A DNA stretch of 64,000 nucleotides, from the NCBI GenBank assembly GCA_963832745.1, contig CAWHVC010000003.1, forward strand, positions 672,001 to 736,000, read 5' to 3'. Below are positions 1 to 8,992 of the stretch, one piece after another. Position 1 is the first letter of the stretch. Each line of letters begins with the position of its first letter. The notes below the pieces were generated by a model. The model was not told the origin of the DNA. It saw only the letters and a list, made by a program, of their open reading frames with translations, and made no database searches. A program made the translations under genes and the position numbers. Origin of the DNA: Candidatus Bathyarchaeota archaeon. Lineage in GTDB: Archaea > Thermoproteota > Bathyarchaeia > Bathyarchaeales > Bathycorpusculaceae.

Positions 1-3
1 GCA

Positions 4-219
4 ATGAAACGTAATGTTCTTAAAATCCAGCACTTAAAATCTGGCGGTTACGAGATAGAAACCGAAATGCTTGTGAAAACCGCAAAAAGCCATTATCGAG
101 TGCTGGAAGTGCCCATCAGTTTTGAGCAACGCACTTATGGGCGGTCTGGAGTTGACCCGCTGCGGGATGGCTCAAGAATTCTTATCTCAATAATTTCAGC
201 ACGACTGAGGGGAGTGTAA
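4..219 (+). CDS. Glycosyltransferase family 2, C-terminal part (probably truncated by window start)
   Basis: GYEIETEMLVK...EVPISFEQRTYGRS...LRDG is the typical C-terminus of DPM1-like GT2 enzymes; first of three co-oriented GT genes. Confidence 0.75.
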   Translation: MKRNVLKIQHLKSGGYEIETEMLVKTAKSHYRVLEVPISFEQRTYGRSGVDPLRDGSRILISIISARLRGV

Positions 220-221
220 AA

Positions 222-1211
222 TTGGCTGACGCCGCTCTTCCAAAAGTGTCGATAGTTGTGGCTTCAATGAATAACGAGGAAACCATTGAAGACTGCCTAA
301 AAGCCCTGCTTGCACAGAATTACCCAGCTGACCATCTGGAGATAATTTTGATGGATGGCGTCTCAAAAGATAGGACTGTTGAAATTGCCAAAAGGTACCC
401 CGTCAGGGTATATTCCATCCGACTGAATTGCCCTGCAGCTTACAATTATGCACAAAAAATCGCAAGCCATCCCATCTTGGGCTTTGTCGATTCCGACGCC
501 AAGGTTGAGGTGGATTGGCTAAAAAAACTTGTAACCCGTTTAGACGAGCCAAACGTAGCGGGCGTAAGCGGCTCCATAGATACTTGGAACAACGATAATC
601 CGTGGGCTAGAAGCATCGGTTACGAACTGAAAACCCGTTACCGCCGCATAGGAAAATACACAGGCAGAATCGCTACTATGAACTTACTGCTCAAAAAAGG
701 TGTCATCGAAGAGGTTGGCGGTTGGGCGGAGGATATGCCAAGTCAATACGACACAGAATTCGGTTACCGCCTCGTTGCGAAGGGCTACAAAATCGCGTAT
801 GAACCCACAGCAGTATGTTACCATTTTAATCGTCCCACGTTGAAGGCGTTTTATCGGCAGCAGCTTCAGTACGGCAAAAACACTTTAAGGTTGTACTTTA
901 AGCATGGACGCCTTGCGAAGGGTGACGAGATTACTGATGTGGGCATGAACATTCAACCCATCTGGATGCTAGCAATTGTAGCAAGTTTCCTTCTGGGAAT
1001 AGTGCCACTTCTACGACCATTATGGTACGTTACGGGCGTTCTGCTTGTAGCTATGCTTGCTTACTACATTTATTCGGCAGCTAAAATCGTTGTTGAATTC
1101 AAAGACCGTTCGGCAATGCGGCTTATAGTGCTTTATTATGTGCGTTCAGTTGCTTGGTTTAACGGCGCCGTAATCATAACTACGTCGTATCTTGGAGGCA
1201 GACTCAAATGA
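222..1211 (+). CDS. Glycosyltransferase family 2 with C-terminal membrane helices
   Basis: VSIVVASMNNEETI, DGVSKDRT, FVDSD (DxD) motifs; hydrophobic C-terminus. Confidence 0.9.
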   Translation: MADAALPKVSIVVASMNNEETIEDCLKALLAQNYPADHLEIILMDGVSKDRTVEIAKRYPVRVYSIRLNCPAAYNYAQKIASHPILGFVDSDAKVEVDWLKKLVTRLDEPNVAGVSGSIDTWNNDNPWARSIGYELKTRYRRIGKYTGRIATMNLLLKKGVIEEVGGWAEDMPSQYDTEFGYRLVAKGYKIAYEPTAVCYHFNRPTLKAFYRQQLQYGKNTLRLYFKHGRLAKGDEITDVGMNIQPIWMLAIVASFLLGIVPLLRPLWYVTGVLLVAMLAYYIYSAAKIVVEFKDRSAMRLIVLYYVRSVAWFNGAVIITTSYLGGRLK

Positions 1212-2407
1212 CAAACCGAAACATCTGCTTTATTTCGCCTGAATACTGGCCACTCGCTGGTGGAACAGGCGCCTATGTCTACTACTTATCTAACGAATTA
1301 ATGAAAAACGGTTACAAAGCCACCATTGTAACTGGGTCAAACCAGAATCTTGAACGGCAGGTTAACCAGCAACTTAAAGTGTATTTTCAGAAAATACCCA
1401 AAGTTCCAATCGTAAAATCGTTCATGCTCGCAGGCGCCAGCTACCGAAAACTCAACAGCATCCGCAACACCGCAAACATTGATATTACCCATCCACAGTT
1501 GCCGTTAACTCCAAGCTTTGCCGTGCCCCCCAACTTTGGAAAAACACTGGTATGCACAGTTCACTCTACATGGAAAGGTGAAGCAGAAGCTATCAGTGGT
1601 GAACCGTATAGCAGATTAAATGCGAACGAGAAATTTCTTGTCAGCTTCAACTGGTTCCTGCGCTTTTTTGAAGTTGGAATGATTAAGCGTGCCAGCCGCG
1701 TCATTGCGGTAAGTGACTTCACACGACGTGAACTAAGAAAATATTATGATATTCCCGAAAGCCGCATCCGAGTAATCCACAACGGAGTTGACACCCACAA
1801 ATTCCAACCAGCCACCGATAAACGAAAAATCAAGGCGGAACTCGGCTTAAACCCCGACGACATTGCAATCTTATCAGTGGGTAGACTTTACGCCCGCAAA
1901 GGCCTCTTCACTCTGATTGAAGCTATGCCGCCTGTGGTTAAACGGTTCAGAAATGCCAAGTTCGTAATTAGCGGCAAAGGCCAAAGCGACGAAATGGCAA
2001 AACTCAATGCGCACGCCGAACAGTTAGGCGTAAAAGACAACATCGTCTTTACTGGTTATTACCCTGATAAGAAGCTCCCTAAACTCTATCAAGCCGCAGA
2101 CGTGTTTGCGTTCTCAACCTTCTATGAGCATCACCCGTTTGCTGTGCTCGAAGCGCTCGCAACGGGGTTGCCAGTAGTGACAACGACTGTGGGCGGAATA
2201 GCTGAAACCATAGAAACAGGCAAAAACGGCTTGTTAGTGCAACCATTCAATTCAAAACAGTTCTCTGATGCAATCTTGTATTTGCTTGAGCATCCAGCGG
2301 AAGCGGCAGAAATGGGCGCCAAAGCAAGAAGAACCATCATAAACGAGTATGATTGGAGTATTGTGGTTAAGCAGGCATTGAAAGTGTATGATGAAGCCCT
2401 ACGCTAA
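1208..2407 (+). CDS. Glycosyltransferase family 4 (GT-B)
   Basis: PEYWPLAGG, VIHNGVD, SVGRLYARKG, EALATGLPVV; ATGA overlap with upstream gene. Confidence 0.92.
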   Translation: MTNRNICFISPEYWPLAGGTGAYVYYLSNELMKNGYKATIVTGSNQNLERQVNQQLKVYFQKIPKVPIVKSFMLAGASYRKLNSIRNTANIDITHPQLPLTPSFAVPPNFGKTLVCTVHSTWKGEAEAISGEPYSRLNANEKFLVSFNWFLRFFEVGMIKRASRVIAVSDFTRRELRKYYDIPESRIRVIHNGVDTHKFQPATDKRKIKAELGLNPDDIAILSVGRLYARKGLFTLIEAMPPVVKRFRNAKFVISGKGQSDEMAKLNAHAEQLGVKDNIVFTGYYPDKKLPKLYQAADVFAFSTFYEHHPFAVLEALATGLPVVTTTVGGIAETIETGKNGLLVQPFNSKQFSDAILYLLEHPAEAAEMGAKARRTIINEYDWSIVVKQALKVYDEALR

Positions 2408-3363
2408 GCGACTTCTATCGGTTCTTTCCTGTAAGCTTTAGTTATTCGCTGGAACAGGTGAACTATGTCAAGTGAGCAGAACAGCACTTTGGTCAAGTAT
2501 TCATGGTGGTAAATGATGATTTGGGCTTTAACTGGCAAATCAATGCGTGGCGGCTCAAATTGGCGAGCAACCGCGGCTACTGGGACGCCTTCTTCTTTAA
2601 TGTCGCTTTCTTGCACGCCAGTTTTTCGGGCGATGTAGCTTAGGTATGTTTCTTTCCAGTTGAGTTTCATGATTTTAGCGGCGACAATGTCCAAGGCTAA
2701 GGCGTCTGTGCTGGTCAGCATAAGGTTCATTTCCACTGGTTTCCCTTTTGTTGGTCCATTGCCTTCGATGCCTGTTCGTGCATCCATAATGGTCAAGGCT
2801 GGCTTGAACAGGGTGTAGAGTCGGTAGAATACTTCGGGTAGGTACGGGTGCAGATAAATGCGTTTGTTGCTGGGTATGCAGCCGAACAGGTTTTTGATTG
2901 CACCACTGTAAGCCATAAACTCGTGCGTCTTCATCAATGGTAAATCGACTACGGCGTCGGCGTCAAGGATAGTTTTAGGCAGAAACAGTCGTTTTAGGGG
3001 CGTGTTGGTGTCTGGAAATTTGACTTCTACAATTTTATCTTCGGAAAGGTTGATTGCGGTTCCGCCTGCTTTCTCGACTGATTTTTGCATGCCGGTTTTG
3101 TCAAAGGCTGTCCAGCAGGGGTAATTAAAGCCGTTGGATTCGCCTACGATTACCTCGCTGTTTTGGTCTCGTAGAAGCCCGATTAGTTCGTTGGTTAATT
3201 CTGGGCTGGTGACTACACCGGGCAGGTATTCGGGGTGGCTAAGGTTAGGCTTTATGAAAATCCGTTTTTTACCCCGCAGGTTCGCTGAGGCAACGGCTTC
3301 TTTTAGGATGTCACTTATGGAGGTGTCTTCTGTACGGTAAACCTTCACTGGTTTAGGCGTCAT
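2404..3363 (-). CDS. DUF362 domain-containing protein
   Basis: IFIKPNL, VVTSPE, VIVGES, LPLMKTH, GAIKNLFG, GIEGNGP motifs; start moved to ATG 3363 which overlaps the radical SAM stop (ATGA). Confidence 0.85.
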   Translation of the reverse strand: MTPKPVKVYRTEDTSISDILKEAVASANLRGKKRIFIKPNLSHPEYLPGVVTSPELTNELIGLLRDQNSEVIVGESNGFNYPCWTAFDKTGMQKSVEKAGGTAINLSEDKIVEVKFPDTNTPLKRLFLPKTILDADAVVDLPLMKTHEFMAYSGAIKNLFGCIPSNKRIYLHPYLPEVFYRLYTLFKPALTIMDARTGIEGNGPTKGKPVEMNLMLTSTDALALDIVAAKIMKLNWKETYLSYIARKTGVQESDIKEEGVPVAAVARQFEPPRIDLPVKAQIIIYHHEYLTKVLFCSLDIVHLFQRITKAYRKEPIEVA

Positions 3364-4781
3364 TGGCTGTTTTTCACTCCCATAATGCATCCTGGATCGC
3401 CGCAAAGGGTGTCACCGTTATGGTACGCCGCAGAACGTGCCCTGCAGCCGCCGCAGATGTACTTGTAATCGCATTTACTGCAGGACCCCTTCAGGTTAGC
3501 CCGATTTCGGAAAGCATTAAACAGTGGCGCGTTAAGCCAAATATCCTTGAATTTGCGTGTTTTTAGGTTGCCCACATTTTCGGGCAAGAAAACGCAGGGG
3601 CGCACGTCGCCTTGTGGGGAAATTGCGCAGTACAGTCTGCCAGCACCGCATCCGCCGATAAACTCGCCAAGAGGTACCGCCTTTTTGGTTACTCTCACGG
3701 TTTGCATGTGAGCAAGCGCCAAGGTAACTTCGCCTGTACCGTTGTCTCCTTGACATTGTGCCGCAACACGCGCCAATTGTGGCGCCGTGGCAAGAATCGT
3801 GGTTTTGCATCCTGCTGACATGCGATTTAGCAGGTAACGCATTACTTCTTCGCGTTCCTGTGGGGAAAGGTCTTGGTCTGCGTGGTCTTTGCCGCGTCCA
3901 GCAGGAATGAAGTTGAAATATGTGAATCGTTCGGCTTGAAACTTTTCTGCCAAATCTATTATTGCAGGCAATTCTGCCATGTTATTTTTACCTACCGTTG
4001 TGGCGATGCAAGTGCAAATGTCTGCATCTACACAGTTCTTAAGACCCAAAATTGCTTTTTCAAAAGCGCCTGGAACACCGCGGAAATCGTCATGTGTTTT
4101 GGCGGTTGCTCCATCAATGCTAATGTCAACATAGTTGACTTTGGCTTCTTTGAGTTTCTGAACGTTTTCTTTAGTGAAAAGCGTGCCGTTAGACGCCAAT
4201 GAAACGTACAGTCCGCGGTCGGCTGCGTAACGGGCTACCTTAAAAAAGTCACTGCGAGTCAATGGTTCACCCCCGCTAAACGCCAACGCCGTTACATGCG
4301 CATCAGCAAGCTGGTCCACAACTGCCAACGCTTGTTCGGTGGTTAATTCTTCCTCTTCAACTTCTCCACTGTTTGAGTAGCAGTGTTTGCAGCGAAGGTT
4401 GCATTTGTGTGTAAAATCCCATACCACCAAGAATGGGGCAACAAGTGACATGGGCTTTTTGATACCGAAATGCTCAAAGGATTCGACAAGGTTTAACACG
4501 GCGTTTCGTGCATACTTGTCTGTTAATAGCTGCTCTACTTTTGCCCGTTTAAATCCAAGGGCTCTGCGTAGGAATTCTATCCAAAAGGCGATGATTTGAT
4601 TGTAAAGGGGACTGCATTTTTCGCATGCCTTGTCGGTTTTGCCGCCGTAATTGTCCAATGCTGCTTCAAGAACCGTTCGTCCGCAGACATTGCATTTGCG
4701 TAGTGAAAGCTGAAGCATCTTTTTTGTCATGGGCATGCTGACTATGGCGTTCCAGAAGCTGTCGTGACTAAGTATACTCAT
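3360..4781 (-). CDS. Radical SAM protein with C-terminal SPASM domain and N-terminal CxxC...CxxC extension (possibly GMGT synthase-like)
   Basis: CNLRCKHC, FSGGEP, GCGAGRLYCAISPQGDVRPC...CSKCDYKYICGGCRAR; N-terminal CNVC...CEKC. Confidence 0.85.
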   Translation of the reverse strand: MSILSHDSFWNAIVSMPMTKKMLQLSLRKCNVCGRTVLEAALDNYGGKTDKACEKCSPLYNQIIAFWIEFLRRALGFKRAKVEQLLTDKYARNAVLNLVESFEHFGIKKPMSLVAPFLVVWDFTHKCNLRCKHCYSNSGEVEEEELTTEQALAVVDQLADAHVTALAFSGGEPLTRSDFFKVARYAADRGLYVSLASNGTLFTKENVQKLKEAKVNYVDISIDGATAKTHDDFRGVPGAFEKAILGLKNCVDADICTCIATTVGKNNMAELPAIIDLAEKFQAERFTYFNFIPAGRGKDHADQDLSPQEREEVMRYLLNRMSAGCKTTILATAPQLARVAAQCQGDNGTGEVTLALAHMQTVRVTKKAVPLGEFIGGCGAGRLYCAISPQGDVRPCVFLPENVGNLKTRKFKDIWLNAPLFNAFRNRANLKGSCSKCDYKYICGGCRARSAAYHNGDTLCGDPGCIMGVKNSQ

Positions 4782-4955
4782 GCGGGTGGGTTCTCCTAAA
4801 GCAAGTGTACTATTTGGCGTGCAGGGAATGTTAAATATTTCTCTAAAACCCTCAATTGAGCGACCAAAGATTTTGGCGCTGAAAAAATGGGTACGTATTA
4901 TTCAAAAAACTAAATAAGCAAACGAGTTTACATACTGACTTACGGGTTTAGAAAC

Positions 4956-5684
4956 ATGAAACAAGCTGCTGCTTTGGCTGTTGTTGCTTTAACATTTCTT
5001 TTCTTATCAACTGCAGAATTGGCGGTTGCCAACCCGATAATGGCGCCTGTGGTTGACGTTGAATCACCCGTAAACAACCAAGTTTACCCAGCAAGCGATG
5101 TTGAACTAAAATTCTCTCCACTTTCATGGTACACCTTTTCAGAGTACTACTACGTTCTTGATGACCAAGCGCCAACGCCGATAAACAGCACAGCAACCCT
5201 GACTGGATTGTCCGCTGGTTCGCATATGCTAAAAATCTACGGCAACGGCACCCTAACTATATCGTCTCCTCCAAGCCATACATTCCAAAGTAATGACGAA
5301 CTAGTCAGCGTTATCTATTTCAGCACATTCTTCTCTACAGCATGGGTCATATTCGCTGCCGTGATTGTTTTTATTTTCACGGCAATTCCGTTTGTGATCT
5401 ATAAGAAACGCGTACAAATCAAATCGGCGTTTAAAGGTGAAAAAAACGCTATTTTTTCCGTTGGTTTGGTTCTGTTTGTTCTTTCCAGTTTAGCCTTTGT
5501 CTCTTTTGCTTGGCAGGTTGTAAGTAATTTTCTGTTTCCTTACTGGCCACCACGAGCCCTCACTCCCAACTATAATATTCCATTTGTTTTGAGCCTGTTC
5601 TTCCTAAGTTTGGGATTACTGATAATGTGGTTAAGTACCGTAAAACGGCAGCCGCACCCAAAACCCATGCAGGCTAACGTTTAG
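4956..5684 (+). CDS. Secreted/membrane protein: signal peptide, Ig-like domain, three C-terminal TM helices
   Basis: Hydrophobic N-terminus, ESPVNNQVY...LTGLSAGSHMLKIY Ig-like pattern, three hydrophobic segments. Confidence 0.65.
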   Translation: MKQAAALAVVALTFLFLSTAELAVANPIMAPVVDVESPVNNQVYPASDVELKFSPLSWYTFSEYYYVLDDQAPTPINSTATLTGLSAGSHMLKIYGNGTLTISSPPSHTFQSNDELVSVIYFSTFFSTAWVIFAAVIVFIFTAIPFVIYKKRVQIKSAFKGEKNAIFSVGLVLFVLSSLAFVSFAWQVVSNFLFPYWPPRALTPNYNIPFVLSLFFLSLGLLIMWLSTVKRQPHPKPMQANV

Positions 5685-6285
5685 CAATAATGCACTCAGC
5701 TATCTGCAACTCTTTAGGCGTGTTAACATTCACAGCCAACTCGTCAGTATCAAACAGAAAAATGTCTTGATCAAGCCACTCGTCACCATACCGTTTGCCG
5801 CCGTCAATCACATTAATGCCCGTAGGGACCACGTCCTTGTCATCCATTTTAAACGAGTACTCCACGCTCATGCCCATACGGGTTTTAGTTTCAATAGGCA
5901 CCGCAACAGTTAACGCTGGTTTTCCACAGTTTTCATAATGCTCCACAATGCGGTCCAAAATTTCGCCTGTAACTAACGGCAAATCCGCGGCTACAGCCAA
6001 AAACTTGCCCAGTTTTAGGGTTTGAGTAGCATAACCCATGTCTGACACGTAATCCTGCCCCGGTGTCATAACAATTTGAACGTTAGATTCCCGCATTAAC
6101 TGGGCAGTTTTAGGTGTACGTTCGGTTACGGCAACATAGACTTTGTCAATCTTTTTAGCACTCTTTAAGGCATCAAGCACGTATTCGATGACGGGTTTAC
6201 CGCACACCTTAATCAATGGTTTTTCTTGGGTGGAGCCCATGCGTGTGCCTTTGCCGCCAGCCATTACTAACGCGGGAACAGTCAT
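5674..6285 (-). CDS. cobY: Adenosylcobinamide-phosphate guanylyltransferase (archaeal CobY)
   Basis: LVMAGGKGTRM, EKPLI, ADLPL, VNVNTPKEL NTP-transferase motifs; coupled downstream of cobS. Confidence 0.85.
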   Translation of the reverse strand: MTVPALVMAGGKGTRMGSTQEKPLIKVCGKPVIEYVLDALKSAKKIDKVYVAVTERTPKTAQLMRESNVQIVMTPGQDYVSDMGYATQTLKLGKFLAVAADLPLVTGEILDRIVEHYENCGKPALTVAVPIETKTRMGMSVEYSFKMDDKDVVPTGINVIDGGKRYGDEWLDQDIFLFDTDELAVNVNTPKELQIAECIIAKR

Positions 6286-7127
6286 ATTATCAGCAACACT
6301 CCCGCAAGCAACACAAGCGTAACTGCTCTTGAAACCTCGTTAGTTGCTCCTATAACGTCGCCTGAAACACCGCCGAAAACTTTCTCAGCTACTTTTTCCA
6401 TCACCCACGCGACTGGAAGGCTGACAAACACCAATGCGATTCCTAAGACACCGTAGACTGGGTCAACCGCTAAACTAAACAATACAAAAGCAATTACGGC
6501 TGAAACGACGTAGGCAACTATGTTCAGTTTCTTTTTTGCTTTCTTTAAGAAAATGGAGCCTAAACCTTTGTGAGTAGGCTTTCCAATCCAAACAACTGTA
6601 ACCATAGCAAGTTTAGCTGAGATTTCCGCAGCAATAATGGCGGCAAAAATTATCGCTATGTTAGTGAAGGCTGGTACAAGCAAGAACAAGCCTAAAAACG
6701 CTGCAAACTCGACAATCATGGCAAAAACTGCGCCTGAATAGTTCACGGTCCAAGCATGGGCAGCCATTTTTCTGTCATGTTCACTTCGATAACCTAAAGC
6801 GTTGCCAAGGTCGATTAAGCCGTCAAAATGTTGCAGTCCAGTCAATACCAGCAGAAACGCCACCGTCATAGCTGCAGATGCGAATCTTGCCAAAAAATCA
6901 ACAGGCAAAGCCACAACGCTGTTAACTAGACCAAGCAGGAACTGGAGGACAAAATTGCTGCCGATGAAATACGCCGCTGCAAGGGTTCCTATGAAGCCGC
7001 CGATTAAGGGAAAAAGGTACATGTTCTCTGCTGAAGTGAAAACGAAGTCTTCTTTTCCGCCCATTGGGATTATAGTTAGGAAAGCAAGCAAATCCCTAAA
7101 AGTTTTTATAGCTTTTGCTGGCGACAT
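6282..7127 (-). CDS. cobS: Adenosylcobinamide-GDP ribazoletransferase (cobalamin synthase)
   Basis: AFLTIIP, LTGLQHFDGLID, FGGVSGDVIGATNE motifs; multi-TM. Confidence 0.93.
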   Translation of the reverse strand: MSPAKAIKTFRDLLAFLTIIPMGGKEDFVFTSAENMYLFPLIGGFIGTLAAAYFIGSNFVLQFLLGLVNSVVALPVDFLARFASAAMTVAFLLVLTGLQHFDGLIDLGNALGYRSEHDRKMAAHAWTVNYSGAVFAMIVEFAAFLGLFLLVPAFTNIAIIFAAIIAAEISAKLAMVTVVWIGKPTHKGLGSIFLKKAKKKLNIVAYVVSAVIAFVLFSLAVDPVYGVLGIALVFVSLPVAWVMEKVAEKVFGGVSGDVIGATNEVSRAVTLVLLAGVLLII

Positions 7128-7166
7128 ATAACCTTACACTATATACGTAGGAATATAGACTTTGTC

Positions 7167-8111
7167 GTGATTTGGATGGCAGAACTTAATGGTAAAAAAG
7201 TGATGGTTACAGGTGGAGCAGGCTTTATTGGTTTCCACTTGTCAAAGAAACTCTCCAGTTTAACCGGTGACTTGACAATTTATGATAACTTGTCAAGCGG
7301 AAAAATAGAAAATGTCAACGATGTTCCCAAAGCCAAATTTTTTAAAGGCGACATCTTAGACCTTAAAACTTTGCTGTCACAGCCAAAAATGGATTTAATT
7401 TACCATTTAGCAGCCCAAGTCGTTGTCCCCTACTCCATGGAGAACCCAATGGAAGATTTTGACACAAACGCTAAAGGCACCCTTAGTGTTCTTGAAAAAG
7501 CCCGTAAAGACGATGCTAAACTGGTCTTTGCTTCAAGCGCCGCCGTCTATGGCAACCCATCCGTTTTTCCTACACCTGAAAGTTACGGTTTTCACCCATT
7601 CAGCTGTTACGGTTTATCCAAAGTAGTCGGCGAAGAATACTGTCAAATGTACCGTGAACAATACGGTTTAGATATTGCAATAACCCGTTTCGCCAACGTT
7701 TACGGTTCAAGATGTCACGGCGTAATTCACGACTTCTTAGACAAACTGGCTAAAGACCCAAACAAGCTTGTAATTATCGGTACTGGTCAGCAATGCCGCG
7801 ACTTCGTTCATGTTTCTGATGTAGTTGATGCGTTGGTTAAAGTTGGGACTATGGATTCCGCAGACGGCGAAGTTTACAATCTTGGTTACGGCAAAACCAT
7901 TTCTATTCTTGAACTTGCCAAAATGATGTTGACAATTCTTAATCTTCAAGATAAAACCGAAGTAACCACAACTAACGTTTCTTGGCAGGGTGATGTAACC
8001 AAAATATGGTTCGATATATCCAAAGCAAAGAAAGAGTTAAATTGGAATCCTAAGGTTAGTCTTGAAGATAACATAAAAGAAATCATCGCTGAGAGGAAAC
8101 TGACTAAATGA
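7167..8111 (+). CDS. NAD-dependent nucleotide-sugar epimerase/dehydratase (extended SDR)
   Basis: VTGGAGFIG, HLAAQ, ASSAAVYG, YGLSK, RFANVYG. Confidence 0.92.
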   Translation: MIWMAELNGKKVMVTGGAGFIGFHLSKKLSSLTGDLTIYDNLSSGKIENVNDVPKAKFFKGDILDLKTLLSQPKMDLIYHLAAQVVVPYSMENPMEDFDTNAKGTLSVLEKARKDDAKLVFASSAAVYGNPSVFPTPESYGFHPFSCYGLSKVVGEEYCQMYREQYGLDIAITRFANVYGSRCHGVIHDFLDKLAKDPNKLVIIGTGQQCRDFVHVSDVVDALVKVGTMDSADGEVYNLGYGKTISILELAKMMLTILNLQDKTEVTTTNVSWQGDVTKIWFDISKAKKELNWNPKVSLEDNIKEIIAERKLTK

Positions 8112-8992
8112 CAACGTCACCAGCTAGAGGGTTACTTTCACTTTTAAGAATGCCCTACTGGCTGATGACTGGTGGATTATCACTTTTAACCGCTTTTGCC
8201 ATCACAAAAAGCATTATTGCACCTGAACAAATAGTGCTTATCTTCTTTTCGATGGCTTTCATTACAAGTGCCGGCTTTGCCATCAACGATTATTTTGACC
8301 GCGAAAGCGACGCAGTAATAAAACCTAAACGTCCAATCCCAGCAGGAGCGTTAACACTTAAACAGGTAATTGCAGTTTCAAGCTTACTTTTTGCTGTAGG
8401 CTTAATTATGTCCTACTTTATCAATTGGCTTAGCTTCACAATTATTGCCGCTGACTCGCTTCTGCTGCTTTTGTACTCGTATCTTGTAAAACGGAAATCT
8501 GGATTTGCCGCAAACATTCTTGTTGGCATCTTAACAGGCACTGCTTTCATGTTCGGTCAAGCAACAGTTCAAAACGAAATTACTCTTGCCTCGTTAAGCC
8601 TTTACCCAATAGCGTTTGGCACAATAGGTGGAAACGTTCTGCGTGACATATTAAGTTTAGAAGGCGACTCAAAAGTAGGTTACCCAACGTTGCCTCAAAA
8701 GGTTGGCAGTGTCAGCGCAGCAAAGGTTGGAGCTTTATTCTTCCTGTTAACTGGATTGCTTGCACCTTTACCTTACTTTATAACCCAATATACTGGTTTT
8801 ACGTTTTACTATTTGCCCCTTATTCTGTTGTGGAGTGCCCTTTTGATTTACTCTTCAATACGTCTTGCTACTTCTGCATCCACAATACAAAACGTGCGTA
8901 AATATGAACGCATAGTTACTATGTCAATGATTCTTCTTCCTTTAGCCCTGATAGTTGAAGCAATAGCTGGAATAGTTGGAATGCTAATATGA
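8108..8992 (+). CDS. UbiA-family prenyltransferase, likely digeranylgeranylglyceryl phosphate (DGGGP) synthase
   Basis: INDYFDRESDAVIKPKRPIPAG and RDILSLEGD...TLP Asp-rich motifs; multi-TM; coupled to tes. Confidence 0.8.
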   Translation: MTTSPARGLLSLLRMPYWLMTGGLSLLTAFAITKSIIAPEQIVLIFFSMAFITSAGFAINDYFDRESDAVIKPKRPIPAGALTLKQVIAVSSLLFAVGLIMSYFINWLSFTIIAADSLLLLLYSYLVKRKSGFAANILVGILTGTAFMFGQATVQNEITLASLSLYPIAFGTIGGNVLRDILSLEGDSKVGYPTLPQKVGSVSAAKVGALFFLLTGLLAPLPYFITQYTGFTFYYLPLILLWSALLIYSSIRLATSASTIQNVRKYERIVTMSMILLPLALIVEAIAGIVGMLI

